Source: an uncultured Bdellovibrionales bacterium (GTDB lineage Bacteria; Patescibacteriota; Minisyncoccia; Moranbacterales; DUUL01). From it: 64,000 nt of DNA. Made by a program: the position numbers and the translations under genes. Each line of letters opens with the position of its first letter. Positions within the stretch are counted from its first letter, which is position 1. The notes beneath the pieces were generated by a model. The model saw only the letters and a list, made by a program, of their open reading frames with translations. It did not search any database and had not been told where the DNA came from. The DNA is taken from NCBI GenBank assembly GCA_964505305.1, contig CAZDHE010000001.1, positions 95,967 through 159,966 of the forward strand. Direction: 5' to 3'. Below are positions 46,116 through 56,750 of this stretch, piece by piece.

Positions 46116-46967
46116 ATGAAAAAAGTTTTAATTGCTGGCGCTAAGGGGATGCTGGGAGGGGAGTTGGTTAAAGTTTTTCAAAGCGATGGTGCGAAGGTTT
46201 TGGCTTGGGATGTTGAGGAATTGGATATAACCAACAGAGAAGAAGTTTTAGAAAAAATTGAAGAAGCAAGTCCGGATATTGTTATCAACGCTGCCGCTTA
46301 TAATGCGGTGGATAAGGCTGAGGAGTCGGCGGAGGAATTTGAAAAAGCTCTTAAAATCAACGCCGAGGGACCCAAGAATTTAGCGATTGCCGCTCAAAAA
46401 ACCGGAGCAACTCTAATTCACTATGTTTCCGATTATGTTTTTAGTGGAAACAAGGAGGGGTATGTGGAAAATGACAAGCCTGATCCAATTTCAAATTATG
46501 GCAAAAGCAAGGCCGCGGGAGGGGCTGAGGTGGAAAAAATCGGCGGTAAGTATTATTTGATTAGGACTTCTAAAATTTTCGGGGATTCGGCTAATCATGA
46601 AGGGGCTAAAAAAAGTTTTTTTGAGATAATGATGAATTTGGCCGAGGAGAGAGATGAAATAAAAGTAATTGATTCAGAGAGGTCTTGCTTCACTTATGCG
46701 CCGGACTTGGCTGAAGCTACCAAAGATTTATTGAAGAAAAAATATGATTATGGGACTTATCACATTGTTAATGAAGGCGCGGTAACTTGGTATGAAGGAG
46801 TTTTGGAGTTGTTTAAAATTGCCGGAATTGAAAATATTAAGGTGAATCCCGTTTCTTCAGAGGAGTTTCCGCGTTTGGCTAAAAGGCCCGCCTCATCAGT
46901 CTTGATTAACACTAAGTTTTCGAAATTAAGACATTATCCGGAAGCGATAAGAGATTGGTTGAAATAG
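46116..46967 (+). CDS. rmlD: dTDP-4-dehydrorhamnose reductase
   Basis: The Rossmann N-terminus is MKKVLIAGAKGMLGGEL. AAYNAVDKAE and YVSDYVFSG are present, plus the catalytic YGKSK (YxxxK). Confidence 0.85.
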   Translation: MKKVLIAGAKGMLGGELVKVFQSDGAKVLAWDVEELDITNREEVLEKIEEASPDIVINAAAYNAVDKAEESAEEFEKALKINAEGPKNLAIAAQKTGATLIHYVSDYVFSGNKEGYVENDKPDPISNYGKSKAAGGAEVEKIGGKYYLIRTSKIFGDSANHEGAKKSFFEIMMNLAEERDEIKVIDSERSCFTYAPDLAEATKDLLKKKYDYGTYHIVNEGAVTWYEGVLELFKIAGIENIKVNPVSSEEFPRLAKRPASSVLINTKFSKLRHYPEAIRDWLK

Positions 46968-47029
46968 CAGTTCCAGCAAAATTTTAGCGCGAGTATTTTC
47001 GAGCGCTTTTTTACTTATTAATCCGCTTT

Positions 47030-47722
47030 ATGAAAAAAAAGATTTTACTTGGTTTTACTACCACTTCCGGATCCGATTATAAGAAAAAATTAGAGGAAAT
47101 TGAAGAAATGGGCATAAAAGAAGCGGCCTTTTTCTTAACCGGGTTAGATTTAAAAAGAAGAAAAGAGTTGTATGGATTACTCGAAAGATCTTCTCTGGAG
47201 GAAGCTCCCCATATTCATATGAGAAATGATATGGAGAAGTGGGAGGTTGATTTTCTCGAGAAAAGGTTTAATGTTCAAGCGTATAATATTCACGATAAAA
47301 ATTCCTTGCACCCCTTTGAAAACTGTAAGGATAAATTTTTGGAGTATGCGGAAAAGATATTTATTGAAAACACCGAAACCATTCCGGAAAAAGACGAATT
47401 GAAAGAATTAGGCGGTTTATGCATAGACTTTAGTCATTGGCAGGATAATTTTCTAAAGGGTGAAAAAGATCATTATCAAAAAATCTTGAATCTAATTAAA
47501 AAATTTCCTATCGGTTGTAGTCATATTTCTGCCGTTCAAAACAAGCTAAACGAATTCGGCTCTTTTGCTAAGCATTCTTTTAGAAACTTAAGAGAATTTG
47601 ATTATATGGTAAATTTTGTTAATTTTTTACCCGATTTAGTCAGCTTGGAATTAGAAAACTCTTTTCAAGAGCAAATGAAGGTCAAAAGATATCTGGAAAA
47701 AAACTTAGAAGGAAAAGTTTAA
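47030..47722 (+). CDS. Hypothetical protein (His/Cys-rich, possible metal-dependent TIM-barrel-like enzyme)
   Basis: 230 aa. There are no confident motifs. Conserved-looking HIHM, CIDFSHW and GCSHIS segments are present. Confidence 0.4.
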   Translation: MKKKILLGFTTTSGSDYKKKLEEIEEMGIKEAAFFLTGLDLKRRKELYGLLERSSLEEAPHIHMRNDMEKWEVDFLEKRFNVQAYNIHDKNSLHPFENCKDKFLEYAEKIFIENTETIPEKDELKELGGLCIDFSHWQDNFLKGEKDHYQKILNLIKKFPIGCSHISAVQNKLNEFGSFAKHSFRNLREFDYMVNFVNFLPDLVSLELENSFQEQMKVKRYLEKNLEGKV

Positions 47723-47806
47723 ATATTTGAGTTGTTTGATTAAAAATGCTATTATATAATCAAATCCCGGTTTTTCGGGTTGATTTTTAATAACTATAAA
47801 ACAATT

Positions 47807-48742
47807 ATGAAGATAAAAGAAATAATGGATTTGGCTGTTAAAACGGGTATGGAAAATGATTTTCGAAGCAAAGAGGAAATAAAAGAATTTTTACAAAGAA
47901 AAAAAGAGAAATTTGAAAGCTTGCCTAAGGAGGAGAAGGATTATTTTGATCGAGAAGAACTGGAAAACCCTTATATGGATTCGGCTGTTCATTATGATAA
48001 TGGCAAAGAAATCAAGAAGGCTTTGGCGGGGATTGATATAACTATGGGAGGACTAATGCTGGCAAAAGAATTGGGGTATGACTTGGTTATCAATCATCAT
48101 CCGGTCGGCAAAGCTTTGGCTCGATTGGATGATGTGATGGAATATCAAGTAGATGCTTTGGAAAAATTCGGAGTTCCGGTGAATATTGCCGAGAAAATGT
48201 TGCAAAAGAGAATTTCCGAAGTAGCTCGGGGAATAAATCCAGCCAATCACTATGCCGTAGTAGATGCGGCCAAGCTACTGGACATTAATTTGATCAATAT
48301 CCACACTCCGGCGGATAACTGTGTGGCAATGCTTGTTACTAAAAAAATAGAAAAAGCTCAATCTCGATATGTTAAAGACGTTATGAAGGTTTTAATGAGT
48401 ATTCCGGAATATCAAGAGGCTAAAAAAAGGTCCAACGGGCCTGTTTTGTTTACCGGCGTGGAAAATAATCGATGCGGGAAAGTGGTGGTTTCAGAGATGA
48501 CGGGTGGAACCGAAGGGTCTAAAGATATTTACCAAGCTATGGCTAATGCCGGAATAGGAACTATTGTGGGAATGCATCAAAGCGAGGAACACAGAAAAAG
48601 AGCCGAAGCAGCCAATTTGAATGTTATTATTGCCGGCCATATGTCCTCTGATTCCATCGGAATGAATGTTATTATGGACAAATTGGAAAAGAAAGGCTTG
48701 GAAATTACTCCTTTTTCCGGGCTGATTAGAAATAAAAAATAG
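47807..48742 (+). CDS. NIF3/YqfO family dinuclear-metal-centre protein
   Basis: The N-terminus is MKIKEIMDLA. GIDITMGGLMLAKELGYDLVINHHP matches the HHP metal motif, and INIHTPADNCVAMLV matches H-x-P-x-D-x4-N. The ATG at 47807 was chosen because the track's TTG start at 47780 lies inside a GC hairpin-T-run (cccggtttttcggg ttgattttt). Confidence 0.6.
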   Translation: MKIKEIMDLAVKTGMENDFRSKEEIKEFLQRKKEKFESLPKEEKDYFDREELENPYMDSAVHYDNGKEIKKALAGIDITMGGLMLAKELGYDLVINHHPVGKALARLDDVMEYQVDALEKFGVPVNIAEKMLQKRISEVARGINPANHYAVVDAAKLLDINLINIHTPADNCVAMLVTKKIEKAQSRYVKDVMKVLMSIPEYQEAKKRSNGPVLFTGVENNRCGKVVVSEMTGGTEGSKDIYQAMANAGIGTIVGMHQSEEHRKRAEAANLNVIIAGHMSSDSIGMNVIMDKLEKKGLEITPFSGLIRNKK

Positions 48743-48840
48743 CAGTTTGGGAAGGAAACTATTTTTGGCTTAAGTTGCAAAGCGAGATTGAGGAGTTGAG
48801 AAACAAGAAAATTGATTTAAAAAATCTTTAATATCCTTGT

Positions 48841-49965
48841 ATGCGAATTGCACTAGTTCATGATTATTTGGTTCAGTATGGCGGGGCGGAAAGGGTTTTG
48901 GAGAATTTCACTGAAACTTGGCCGGATGCTCCTATTTTTACTTTGGTTCATGACTCCGAAAAGGTGCATCAGAAATTTAAAGACAAAAAGATCCGGACTT
49001 CTTTTTTGCAAAAATCCAGAATAGTTAAAAATCATCACCGTTTGTTTCCGCCCGTTATGATGGCGGCGATGGAGCAGTTTCATTTTGATAAATATGACGT
49101 AGTGCTTTCGGATTCCTCCAGTTTTGCCAAAAACATTATTACTTCCCCGGAAACTTTGCACATTTCCTACTGCCACACTCCTATGCGGTATGCTTGGGAT
49201 GATTGCCAATATTACATCAAAGAATTCAGCTTTCCGGGTTTACTGAAAAAAACCGCCCCCTTTTTTATGAATTACATTAGAGTTTGGGATTATTTTTCTA
49301 CTAACGGGGTGGATGAATTTATCGCCAACTCCAATTTTGTTGCCGGCAGAATTAAAAAATATTATGGCCGGGACTCTACAGTAATCAATCCCCCTGTTGA
49401 TGTGGATAATTTTTACGTGTATAATGAGAATAAGGGCGGGTACTTACTGGCAGTCGGCAGGATGATGAAATATAAAAGAATGGATCTGGTTATAAAAGCT
49501 TGCAATCGCTTAAATCAACCCTTGAAAATTATCGGCAGAGGTCCGGAATATAAAAATTTGCAAAAAATTGCCGGTCCTTCGGTGGAATTTACCGGTAGAG
49601 TTTCTGATAAGCAATTGCGAGAACTTTATGCCAAGGCTAAAGCTTTTATTTTCCCCCAGGAGGAGGATTTCGGGATTGTGGCTATCGAGGCCTTAGCCAG
49701 CGGACGGCCAGTGGTGGCTTATGCTTCCGGAGATATTGTAGAAAACATAGAAGATGGCAAAACAGGAGTTTTATTCTGGAAGCAGAATGAAGAAGAATTA
49801 GCCAAGGCTATTAAAAAATTGGATAAAATTAAGTTTGACCCAAATTATATCAGAAGCACCAGCTTGCGTTTTAAGAAAGATATTTTCCAAAAAAAGATAA
49901 AAAAATTGGTGGAAAGCAAATATCAAGCTCATCAAAATAAATTGCTGAAAAAAGCGGTTGCTTGA
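48841..49965 (+). CDS. Glycosyltransferase family 4
   Basis: The N-terminus MRIALVHDYLVQYGGAERVLENF is present. The C-terminal GT-B motif is EEDFGIVAIEALASGRPVVA. Confidence 0.8.
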   Translation: MRIALVHDYLVQYGGAERVLENFTETWPDAPIFTLVHDSEKVHQKFKDKKIRTSFLQKSRIVKNHHRLFPPVMMAAMEQFHFDKYDVVLSDSSSFAKNIITSPETLHISYCHTPMRYAWDDCQYYIKEFSFPGLLKKTAPFFMNYIRVWDYFSTNGVDEFIANSNFVAGRIKKYYGRDSTVINPPVDVDNFYVYNENKGGYLLAVGRMMKYKRMDLVIKACNRLNQPLKIIGRGPEYKNLQKIAGPSVEFTGRVSDKQLRELYAKAKAFIFPQEEDFGIVAIEALASGRPVVAYASGDIVENIEDGKTGVLFWKQNEEELAKAIKKLDKIKFDPNYIRSTSLRFKKDIFQKKIKKLVESKYQAHQNKLLKKAVA

Positions 49966-50001
49966 AACATTGAATAGTAAAATAAATTTTAAATATAAAC
50001 A

Positions 50002-51051
50002 ATGAAAAAAATAACTGACTTAAGTCTTCAAGATAAAAAAGTATTAGTCAGGTGCGATTTTAATGTAGGCTTGAAAGATGGAGAAATAGTTGAAGATATT
50101 CGCATTCAAAAAGCGTTAGAAACCATAGAATATGCTAAAAGCCAAGGCGTTCGCTGTATAATGGTGGTTTCCCATCTGGGAAGACCTGAAGGAGAAAAGA
50201 AAAAGGAACTTTCTTTATACCCGGTTAAGCAAAGATTGGAAGAGTTGCTTGGAAGCAAGGTTGGTTTAATAGACAATCCGGAGGATATTCAAAAGAATTT
50301 AGAAAAGGCCGCCTCCGGAGAAATTTTTCTTTTGGAAAACATAAGGTACTGGAAGGAAGAGAAAGAAGGTGACCGGGCTTTTTCGTCAAAGATAGCCGGT
50401 CAATTTGACGTTTATATAAATGATGCTTTTTCGGCCAGTCATCGAGCCCATGCTTCTATTGCCGGTTTCCCGGAGTTTACCCCTGAGGGGGCGGCGGGGC
50501 TTCTTTTTGAGAAGGAATTAAAGAATTTGTCTAAAGTTCGCTTCGAGCCCTCCACTCCGGCAGTAGCCATTATTGGCGGAGCTAAGATCGAAACCAAACT
50601 TCCGGTGATTAAAAATTTGGAAGAGAATTATGATTTTATTTTGGTGGGAGGAATGACCGCTAATGAGGCTTTGGATGAGGAAATGGAATTTTCCGATAAA
50701 GTTTTGTTGCCGGAGGATTTCTCCCCGAAAGAGAAGAAAGAAGATAGATTGGATGTTGGCCCGGCAACGGTGGAAAAATTTATTGATAAAATAAATTCGG
50801 CTCAAACAGTGGTTTGGAATGGGCCGCTGGGGATGTTTGAAGATTCTGATTGCGCTATGGGAACCAAGAAAGTAATGGAAGCCATAGAGAAAAATAAAAA
50901 AGCCTTTAAACTTGTAGGAGGAGGAGAGACGCTTGAAGCCGTTAACCGATTCTCCTCTTTGGATAATTTTGATTATGTTTCTATGAGCGGAGGAGCTATG
51001 CTGGAATTTTTGGCGGGGAAGGAGCTTCCCGGCATTGAAGTTTTGAAATAG
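50002..51051 (+). CDS. pgk: Phosphoglycerate kinase (short form)
   Basis: KKVLVRCDFNVGLKDGEIVEDIRIQKALETIEY...VSHLGRPEG is the canonical PGK N-domain. The C-domain has GGAKIETKLPVI and GGGETLEA. Confidence 0.85.
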   Translation: MKKITDLSLQDKKVLVRCDFNVGLKDGEIVEDIRIQKALETIEYAKSQGVRCIMVVSHLGRPEGEKKKELSLYPVKQRLEELLGSKVGLIDNPEDIQKNLEKAASGEIFLLENIRYWKEEKEGDRAFSSKIAGQFDVYINDAFSASHRAHASIAGFPEFTPEGAAGLLFEKELKNLSKVRFEPSTPAVAIIGGAKIETKLPVIKNLEENYDFILVGGMTANEALDEEMEFSDKVLLPEDFSPKEKKEDRLDVGPATVEKFIDKINSAQTVVWNGPLGMFEDSDCAMGTKKVMEAIEKNKKAFKLVGGGETLEAVNRFSSLDNFDYVSMSGGAMLEFLAGKELPGIEVLK

Positions 51052-51091
51052 CTTCGGTCTAAATTTTATAATCCAAAAATAATTTAAAAAT

Positions 51092-52099
51092 ATGAAAAAA
51101 GTTATTTGTATCGGTTCGGCTACCAAAGATATTTTTGTACAACTCAAAGAAACTCGATTGATTGATAATCCGGAGGACATTACTGCCAAAAAGCTGATGG
51201 CTTTTGAATTCGGCGCTAAAGAATACGCCCAATCTTTAAAGGAGGAGGTTGGAGGAAGCGCAGTTAATGTAGCCTCCGGGTTGGCAAAAAATGACTTGAA
51301 ACCTTTTGTTTTTTCCAGAACTTCCCGTGGAGAAACAGGCAAGTGGATAATTAAAAAAATTTCCAGACTTGGCGTCAAAAAAAATTATATGCAGCAAAGA
51401 GGCGCTCCTTCAAGCGAGGTGTCTGTTATTATATCCGATAAAAAAAATAAAGATCATATTATTTTGAGAACCGGAGATTCGGTTAATTGGTTTGATTTAG
51501 ATAAAGCTTTGGATAAATTTAGAGAAAAGGTGGATTGGATATTTTTGGCTTCTCAAAAAAATGCTACTGAAGAAAAAATGGAAAGCGTTGTCAAGTTTGC
51601 CGAACGCAAAAAAGCCAAATTGGCCCTAAACCCAAGCAGTTATCAAATATCTAAAGAAATCAAATCTTTGATTGAATTTTTAGAATATTTTGAGGTACTT
51701 TTTATTAATCGAGATGAGGCGATTGAAATTTTACAGAACAAGGGAGTAGAAGTAAAAGATAATCCAAATTATTTATTGGAAAACATTTTTAAGCTGGGTG
51801 TTAAAGTCGTAGTTATAACTGACGGAGCAAGTGGCGCTTATGTTTATGATGGTAAAGAGAAGCTGAGCTTGGGGATTGAAGCAAAAACAATAGTGGATAC
51901 AGTGGGAGCGGGGGATTCTTTTACCAGCGGTTTTCTTTCTTCTTATATCGAAGAAGAGGATATTAAAAAAGGATTGGCGCAAGGTATCATTAACAGCGGT
52001 TCGGTAGTCTCTTCTTTTGGCGCTACCAATGGCTTATTGTCTAAAAAAGATCTTAAAAAAAGAGAAAGGGAAGTTTTAAATAAAATAAAAACAATATAA
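51092..52099 (+). CDS. PfkB family carbohydrate kinase (ribokinase-like)
   Basis: The anion-hole/ATP motif is DTVGAGDSFTSGFL. The N-terminal GG motif is EVGGSAVNVA. Confidence 0.8.
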   Translation: MKKVICIGSATKDIFVQLKETRLIDNPEDITAKKLMAFEFGAKEYAQSLKEEVGGSAVNVASGLAKNDLKPFVFSRTSRGETGKWIIKKISRLGVKKNYMQQRGAPSSEVSVIISDKKNKDHIILRTGDSVNWFDLDKALDKFREKVDWIFLASQKNATEEKMESVVKFAERKKAKLALNPSSYQISKEIKSLIEFLEYFEVLFINRDEAIEILQNKGVEVKDNPNYLLENIFKLGVKVVVITDGASGAYVYDGKEKLSLGIEAKTIVDTVGAGDSFTSGFLSSYIEEEDIKKGLAQGIINSGSVVSSFGATNGLLSKKDLKKREREVLNKIKTI

Positions 52100-52103
52100 A
52101 CTA

Positions 52104-54179
52104 ATGAAAAATTTTTTAGAACCGAAATCGATTGCTGTAATAGGCGCCTCCAACAAAAAGGGGAAAATAGGCAATATTTTGGTTAAAAACTTAAAGGAAG
52201 GCGGCTTCAAGGGTAAAATTTTTCCGGTTAATCCCAAACATTACAAGGTAGAAGGTTTGCGCGACTATGCTTCAGTTGCTGATATAGAAGGCGGGGTGGA
52301 TATGGCTATCGTGGCTTTGCCGGCCGGGTTAGTAGTTCAGGCAGTGGAAGATTGCGCTTGGAGAGAGCCTTTAATTAAGAATATTGTTATTATCTCGGCG
52401 GGGTTTTCTGAAATCGGCAAAGATGGAGAGGAGAGAGAGGGAGAGCTAAAACAATTGGCTCGGGAGTATGGATTGAATGTTCTAGGTCCAAATTGCCTGG
52501 GATTTATAAACACGGGTAAGAGTTTAAATGCTTCTTTTGCTAAAAAAGATTTATCAAAAGGAGGGACGGCTATTGTATCTCAATCGGGGGCTTTTGTGAC
52601 GGCTTTAATGAGTATGGCCGAAGATGAAGAAATGGGATTTTCCAAAATTATAACGCTTGGCAATAAAGCGGTTTTGGACGAAAAAGATTTTATTGATTAT
52701 TTAACCAATGATCCTGATACCAAGGCGGTCGGTTTTTACTTGGAAAGTTTGGAAAACGGAAGGGAATTTAGAAACAAGTTAATCCATCTTTCTCAAAAAA
52801 AGCCTGTCTTGGTTTTGAAAGCGGGCAACTCTAAAAAAGTTAAAAAGGCTATTCAATCTCATACCGGATCTATGGCCGGAGAAACAAGCGTTGCCAGGGC
52901 GGCTCTTGAAGAATCCGGAGCATTGTTTTTTGACAATATCAATGATTTTTGGAACACCTTAAAATTGTTTGATTATGCCAACAAAACCAAATCTTTAAAA
53001 AGCAACAAAGGTTTGATTTTAACTAATGCCGGCGGTCCGGGAGTCGTAGCAACCGACTTAATTGAGGGAAATTCTCAATTCAGTCTTTTAGACTTTTCAA
53101 CTAACGCCAAAGAGCGACTCAAAAAAGCTTTGCCGAGGGAAAGTTCGGTAGAAAATCCGATTGATGTTTTGGGGGATGCCGATCCGGAAAGATATGACGC
53201 GGTCTTAAGAATTCTTCAGAAAAACAAAGAGGTCGGATTTGCTGTTGCTTTAATAACTCCGCAATCTCAAACTGATATCAAGGGAATTTTATCTAAAATC
53301 TCAAAAAGGCAACAAAGCGCTTATTTTCCTATTTTTCCCGTGGTTATGAGTTCTGGAAAAAACTTTACTTCTCGGGCGGGGCAGACTTGTTTTAAGTTTC
53401 CGATTAATTTAGTAAAGGCTTTAGAAAGGGGGTTTGAATATCAAAGACTTAATTTGAAATCTTCCAAGCAGAAAAACGCTCCGAATAAATCCCATTCGCA
53501 AGAAGCCAAAAAAGCTTTAAAGATTTACGAGAAGGCTGTTAGTGAAAAAAGGAAGGTTTTTTACTATCAGGAAGGAGTAGAGTTGGCAAAACTTTATGAA
53601 ATAAATTCTTTACCGGCAGAAGAAATTGAATCGAAAGCCAAATTGGACAACTTAAAAATCCACAAAAAAAGTATCTTGAAACTGGATGACCCCTCTGTGT
53701 TACACAAAACCGCCCAAGGAGGTGTAATAGCCGGTATCTCTGAAAAGAAAGAGTTAGGAAAATCGGGAAAAAAGCTTTGGAGTAAATTTCCCGGAAAAAA
53801 ACTGATCCTTCAAGAGCAAGTGGAAAAAGGATCGGAGTTTATCATTGGAACAAAGAACGATTCTTCTTTGGGACCGATTTTAATGTGCGGAGTGGGCGGA
53901 ATATTAACGGAGATATTGGACGAAAAAATTATTTGGATCTTACCGGCGGAGAAAAGCGAGATCAAAGAAAAGATAAAGCAATCCAAAATGGTCGATATCC
54001 TGGCAAAGCAAGAAATAGACCTCTTATCCTTATCTGAATTGGTTTACAAAGCCGGAAGGATGAGTTGGGAAAATCCTTGGATAGAAGAATTGGATATAAA
54101 TCCGGCCTTTTTATACTCCGGTGAGCCATCTTTAGCGGTTGATATAAAATTAAAAATAAACATTAAGTCACAAAAATGA
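52104..54179 (+). CDS. ADP-forming acetyl-CoA synthetase (acetate-CoA ligase, fused alpha/beta: CoA-binding, CoA-ligase, ATP-grasp)
   Basis: The CoA-binding Rossmann is PKSIAVIGASNKKGKIGN. The succinyl-CoA-synthetase-like region is SQSGAFVTALM with the His-loop area HTGSMAG. A C-terminal ATP-grasp is present. The length is 691 aa. Confidence 0.8.
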   Translation: MKNFLEPKSIAVIGASNKKGKIGNILVKNLKEGGFKGKIFPVNPKHYKVEGLRDYASVADIEGGVDMAIVALPAGLVVQAVEDCAWREPLIKNIVIISAGFSEIGKDGEEREGELKQLAREYGLNVLGPNCLGFINTGKSLNASFAKKDLSKGGTAIVSQSGAFVTALMSMAEDEEMGFSKIITLGNKAVLDEKDFIDYLTNDPDTKAVGFYLESLENGREFRNKLIHLSQKKPVLVLKAGNSKKVKKAIQSHTGSMAGETSVARAALEESGALFFDNINDFWNTLKLFDYANKTKSLKSNKGLILTNAGGPGVVATDLIEGNSQFSLLDFSTNAKERLKKALPRESSVENPIDVLGDADPERYDAVLRILQKNKEVGFAVALITPQSQTDIKGILSKISKRQQSAYFPIFPVVMSSGKNFTSRAGQTCFKFPINLVKALERGFEYQRLNLKSSKQKNAPNKSHSQEAKKALKIYEKAVSEKRKVFYYQEGVELAKLYEINSLPAEEIESKAKLDNLKIHKKSILKLDDPSVLHKTAQGGVIAGISEKKELGKSGKKLWSKFPGKKLILQEQVEKGSEFIIGTKNDSSLGPILMCGVGGILTEILDEKIIWILPAEKSEIKEKIKQSKMVDILAKQEIDLLSLSELVYKAGRMSWENPWIEELDINPAFLYSGEPSLAVDIKLKINIKSQK

Positions 54180-54745
54180 GCAATCAAGAAGACAAAAAAA
54201 CTATCTTGCTGGTAGATGACCATAATGAAATCAGGGAGAATTACAAAGAAATTTTTATCTCTTATGGTTTTGAGGTAATTACTGCTGAAAACGGCATAGA
54301 AGCTTTGGAAAAAATAGAAAATAATAAGGTTGACGCAGTTTTTACCGGTATTATAATGCCTCGAATGGACGGATTTCAACTTTTGGAAAGCCTTAAGAAG
54401 CACACTCACACCTCCGGCATTCCGGTAGCTATAAACTCTCACTTGGGAAGAGAGCAAGACAAGAAAAAAATGATGGAAATGGGAGCGGATGACTTCATTG
54501 TTTATGGTACTGTTCCTCCCGTTAGGGTGGCCGAAAGAATCAAAAGAATGGTTGAACCTAATAAATTTCTATTAAAGATAATTAAAGAAGAGGCTGACTT
54601 TAAGAAATTTATTGAAGAAAAAGATCTTTCTTCTCAAATGACTTGCCCGGATTGTGGAGGCGATTTGGCTTTGGAATTAAAGGAAAAAGAGAAAGATGTT
54701 TATGAAGCTAAGGTTGTTTGCTTAGAGTGCAAGAGTTATTTTTGA
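54176..54745 (+). CDS. Response regulator: receiver domain plus C-terminal zinc ribbon
   Basis: The REC domain has ILLVDDHNE, AVFTGIIMPRMDG, AINSH and FIVYG. The C-terminus is CPDCGG...CLECKSYF (CxxC...CxxC). It overlaps the upstream stop by ATGA. Confidence 0.75.
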   Translation: MSNQEDKKTILLVDDHNEIRENYKEIFISYGFEVITAENGIEALEKIENNKVDAVFTGIIMPRMDGFQLLESLKKHTHTSGIPVAINSHLGREQDKKKMMEMGADDFIVYGTVPPVRVAERIKRMVEPNKFLLKIIKEEADFKKFIEEKDLSSQMTCPDCGGDLALELKEKEKDVYEAKVVCLECKSYF

Positions 54746-54822
54746 TTAAGGAAGTTTTTAAGATAAACCGGCCTTTAGTTCAAAAAAGCAAAGATTATTG
54801 AAATTAAACACGGAAATCACAG

Positions 54823-56523
54823 ATGAAAAAGAATTGGAAATACGATCCTATAAAAAACAAACGGACATTTAAAGATTTGGAGCCCGCTACGGAAAACCTG
54901 CTTTTAAAGAGAGGGATTAACACTACCAAAAAACTTGAAAAGTTTTTATCTCCGGATTATGAAGAGGGGATGTACGACCCTTTTTTGTTAAGCGGTATAA
55001 AGAAAGCAGTAAATCGTTTTTTGAAAGCTCGTCAAAATAAGGAAAAGATTTGCGTCTATGGAGATTATGACGCGGATGGTGTAACCTCTTCAGTTTTATT
55101 GCACTTTTTCCTAAGTGAGTTGGGGGTGGATAATTTTTGCTATATTCCCGATCGCGACAAAGAAGGCTATGGCTTAAACACTAAAGCTATTGATTATATA
55201 AAGGGTAAAGAGGCTGATTTGATTATTACTGTGGATTGCGGAATAACCAATAAAGAAGAAGTGGAATATGCTAAGGAAAAGGGAATAGATGTGATAATTT
55301 TAGATCATCATCATGTTCCTCCCGAGATTCCCAAGGCCGTTGCGGTAGTTGACCCCAAGAGAAAACAGGGAAAATATCCTTTTGATGAATTGGCCGGGGT
55401 GGGAGTTGCTTTTAAATTTGCTCAAGCGGTAGCTCAAAAAACAAAAGATTATGAGGATGAGAAACTGAAATGGTATTTGGATTTAGTGGCTATCGGAACG
55501 GTGGCTGATTGCGTGCCCTTGGTGGAAGAAAACAGAGTTTTGGTGAAATTTGGCTTAATTGTTTTATCTAAGACTAAAAATGTTGGCCTGAAGCAGCTTT
55601 TTAAGGTGGGCAATATAAATATTAACGAAAATTGCTTTCCCAACAGCCAGCAAGTTTCTTTTCAAATAGCGCCTCGCATTAACGCCGCCGGAAGGATGGA
55701 TCACGCCAATATTGCTTACGAGCTTTTATCAAGAAGGGAAACTCAAATAGCTCAAGCGCGGGAGCTGGCGCTGGAGTTAGAAGCTCAGAACAGTCATCGC
55801 CAAAAAGTCACCAACTATATAACCCAAAGTGTTGAAGACAACTTAGCCAAATTAAAAAAAGTTCCCAAGGTGATTATCCAAAGCTCGCCGCATTGGATGA
55901 TTGGAGTTATTGGCTTAGCCGCTGGTAAATTAGCGGATAAATTTAATCGACCGACTATCTTGCTTCAAGACACCGGTTCCAATTGCAGGGGGTCGGGAAG
56001 ATCGGTAGAGGGTTTCAACTTGGTGGAGAGCTTGGAAAGAAACGGCGCTTGGTTAAAGAAATTCGGGGGGCATAATCAGGCGGTGGGGTTAACCGTTTCT
56101 AATAAAAATTTCCCCAAGTTTAAAGAAGTTTTCATTCAGGATGTAGAAAAGCATTTACCAAAAACGGTTGACAAGAAGATTTATGTGGATGTTCAGGTTA
56201 AAGAAGAAGAGATCAATCAAAAACTTTGTAATGAAGTTTCTTTGCTGGAGCCTTTTGGAAAGGGCAATGAAGCCCCGATATTTCTTTGGAAGAAGGCCGC
56301 GGTGGCGGATAAAAAACTGCTTGGAAAACAAGGCAAACATCTGAAAATATGGTTGAAAGACAACAAAGGGGAGCGTTTGTTGGAAGCCATAGGTTTTGGT
56401 TTAGGAGAAAGTTTTGAGGAAATTCAACCCGGAAATAAAATAGATGTTTTGTTTCATATAGAAGAAAATAATTGGAACGGAAGAAAAAATTTGCAATTAA
56501 GATTAATTGATCTTGATTATTGA
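54823..56523 (+). CDS. recJ: Single-stranded-DNA-specific exonuclease RecJ
   Basis: DHH motifs I-IV are YGDYDADGVTS, ITVDCG, LDHHH and GGH, plus DHHA1. The C-terminal OB domain is present. Confidence 0.9.
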   Translation: MKKNWKYDPIKNKRTFKDLEPATENLLLKRGINTTKKLEKFLSPDYEEGMYDPFLLSGIKKAVNRFLKARQNKEKICVYGDYDADGVTSSVLLHFFLSELGVDNFCYIPDRDKEGYGLNTKAIDYIKGKEADLIITVDCGITNKEEVEYAKEKGIDVIILDHHHVPPEIPKAVAVVDPKRKQGKYPFDELAGVGVAFKFAQAVAQKTKDYEDEKLKWYLDLVAIGTVADCVPLVEENRVLVKFGLIVLSKTKNVGLKQLFKVGNININENCFPNSQQVSFQIAPRINAAGRMDHANIAYELLSRRETQIAQARELALELEAQNSHRQKVTNYITQSVEDNLAKLKKVPKVIIQSSPHWMIGVIGLAAGKLADKFNRPTILLQDTGSNCRGSGRSVEGFNLVESLERNGAWLKKFGGHNQAVGLTVSNKNFPKFKEVFIQDVEKHLPKTVDKKIYVDVQVKEEEINQKLCNEVSLLEPFGKGNEAPIFLWKKAAVADKKLLGKQGKHLKIWLKDNKGERLLEAIGFGLGESFEEIQPGNKIDVLFHIEENNWNGRKNLQLRLIDLDY

Positions 56524-56621
56524 AGCAAAATTGAAGGGGGGGGCGTCTCCAGGCGCCATTTCTACTGTAATTCCAACTTTTTTGCTAATTTCCCCAAAAA
56601 TTTTTTGCATTATCTCTGCTA

Positions 56622-56637
56622 TCCCGAGTACTCGGGA
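56622..56637. promoter_or_regulatory. Perfect 16-bp palindrome tcccgagtactcggga upstream of xseA (candidate operator)
   Basis: Exact dyad symmetry, 114 bp upstream of the xseA ATG. Confidence 0.35.
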
Positions 56638-56750
56638 CGAAGGTTGTTGGAAAAACTTATCTAAAAAAATATAAATTTCGCAACGAAATGGTGTATGGAA
56701 ATAATTCCTTGCGAGTGAGATATTTTTGCTGAAATAATATATGAATTTGT

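Noticed and set aside
50518-51378. 286-aa minus-strand ORF
   Set aside because: It lies entirely antisense to the well-supported pgk and PfkB kinase genes, has a Phe/Leu/Ile-rich low-complexity composition, and has no motifs. It is a spurious antisense ORF.
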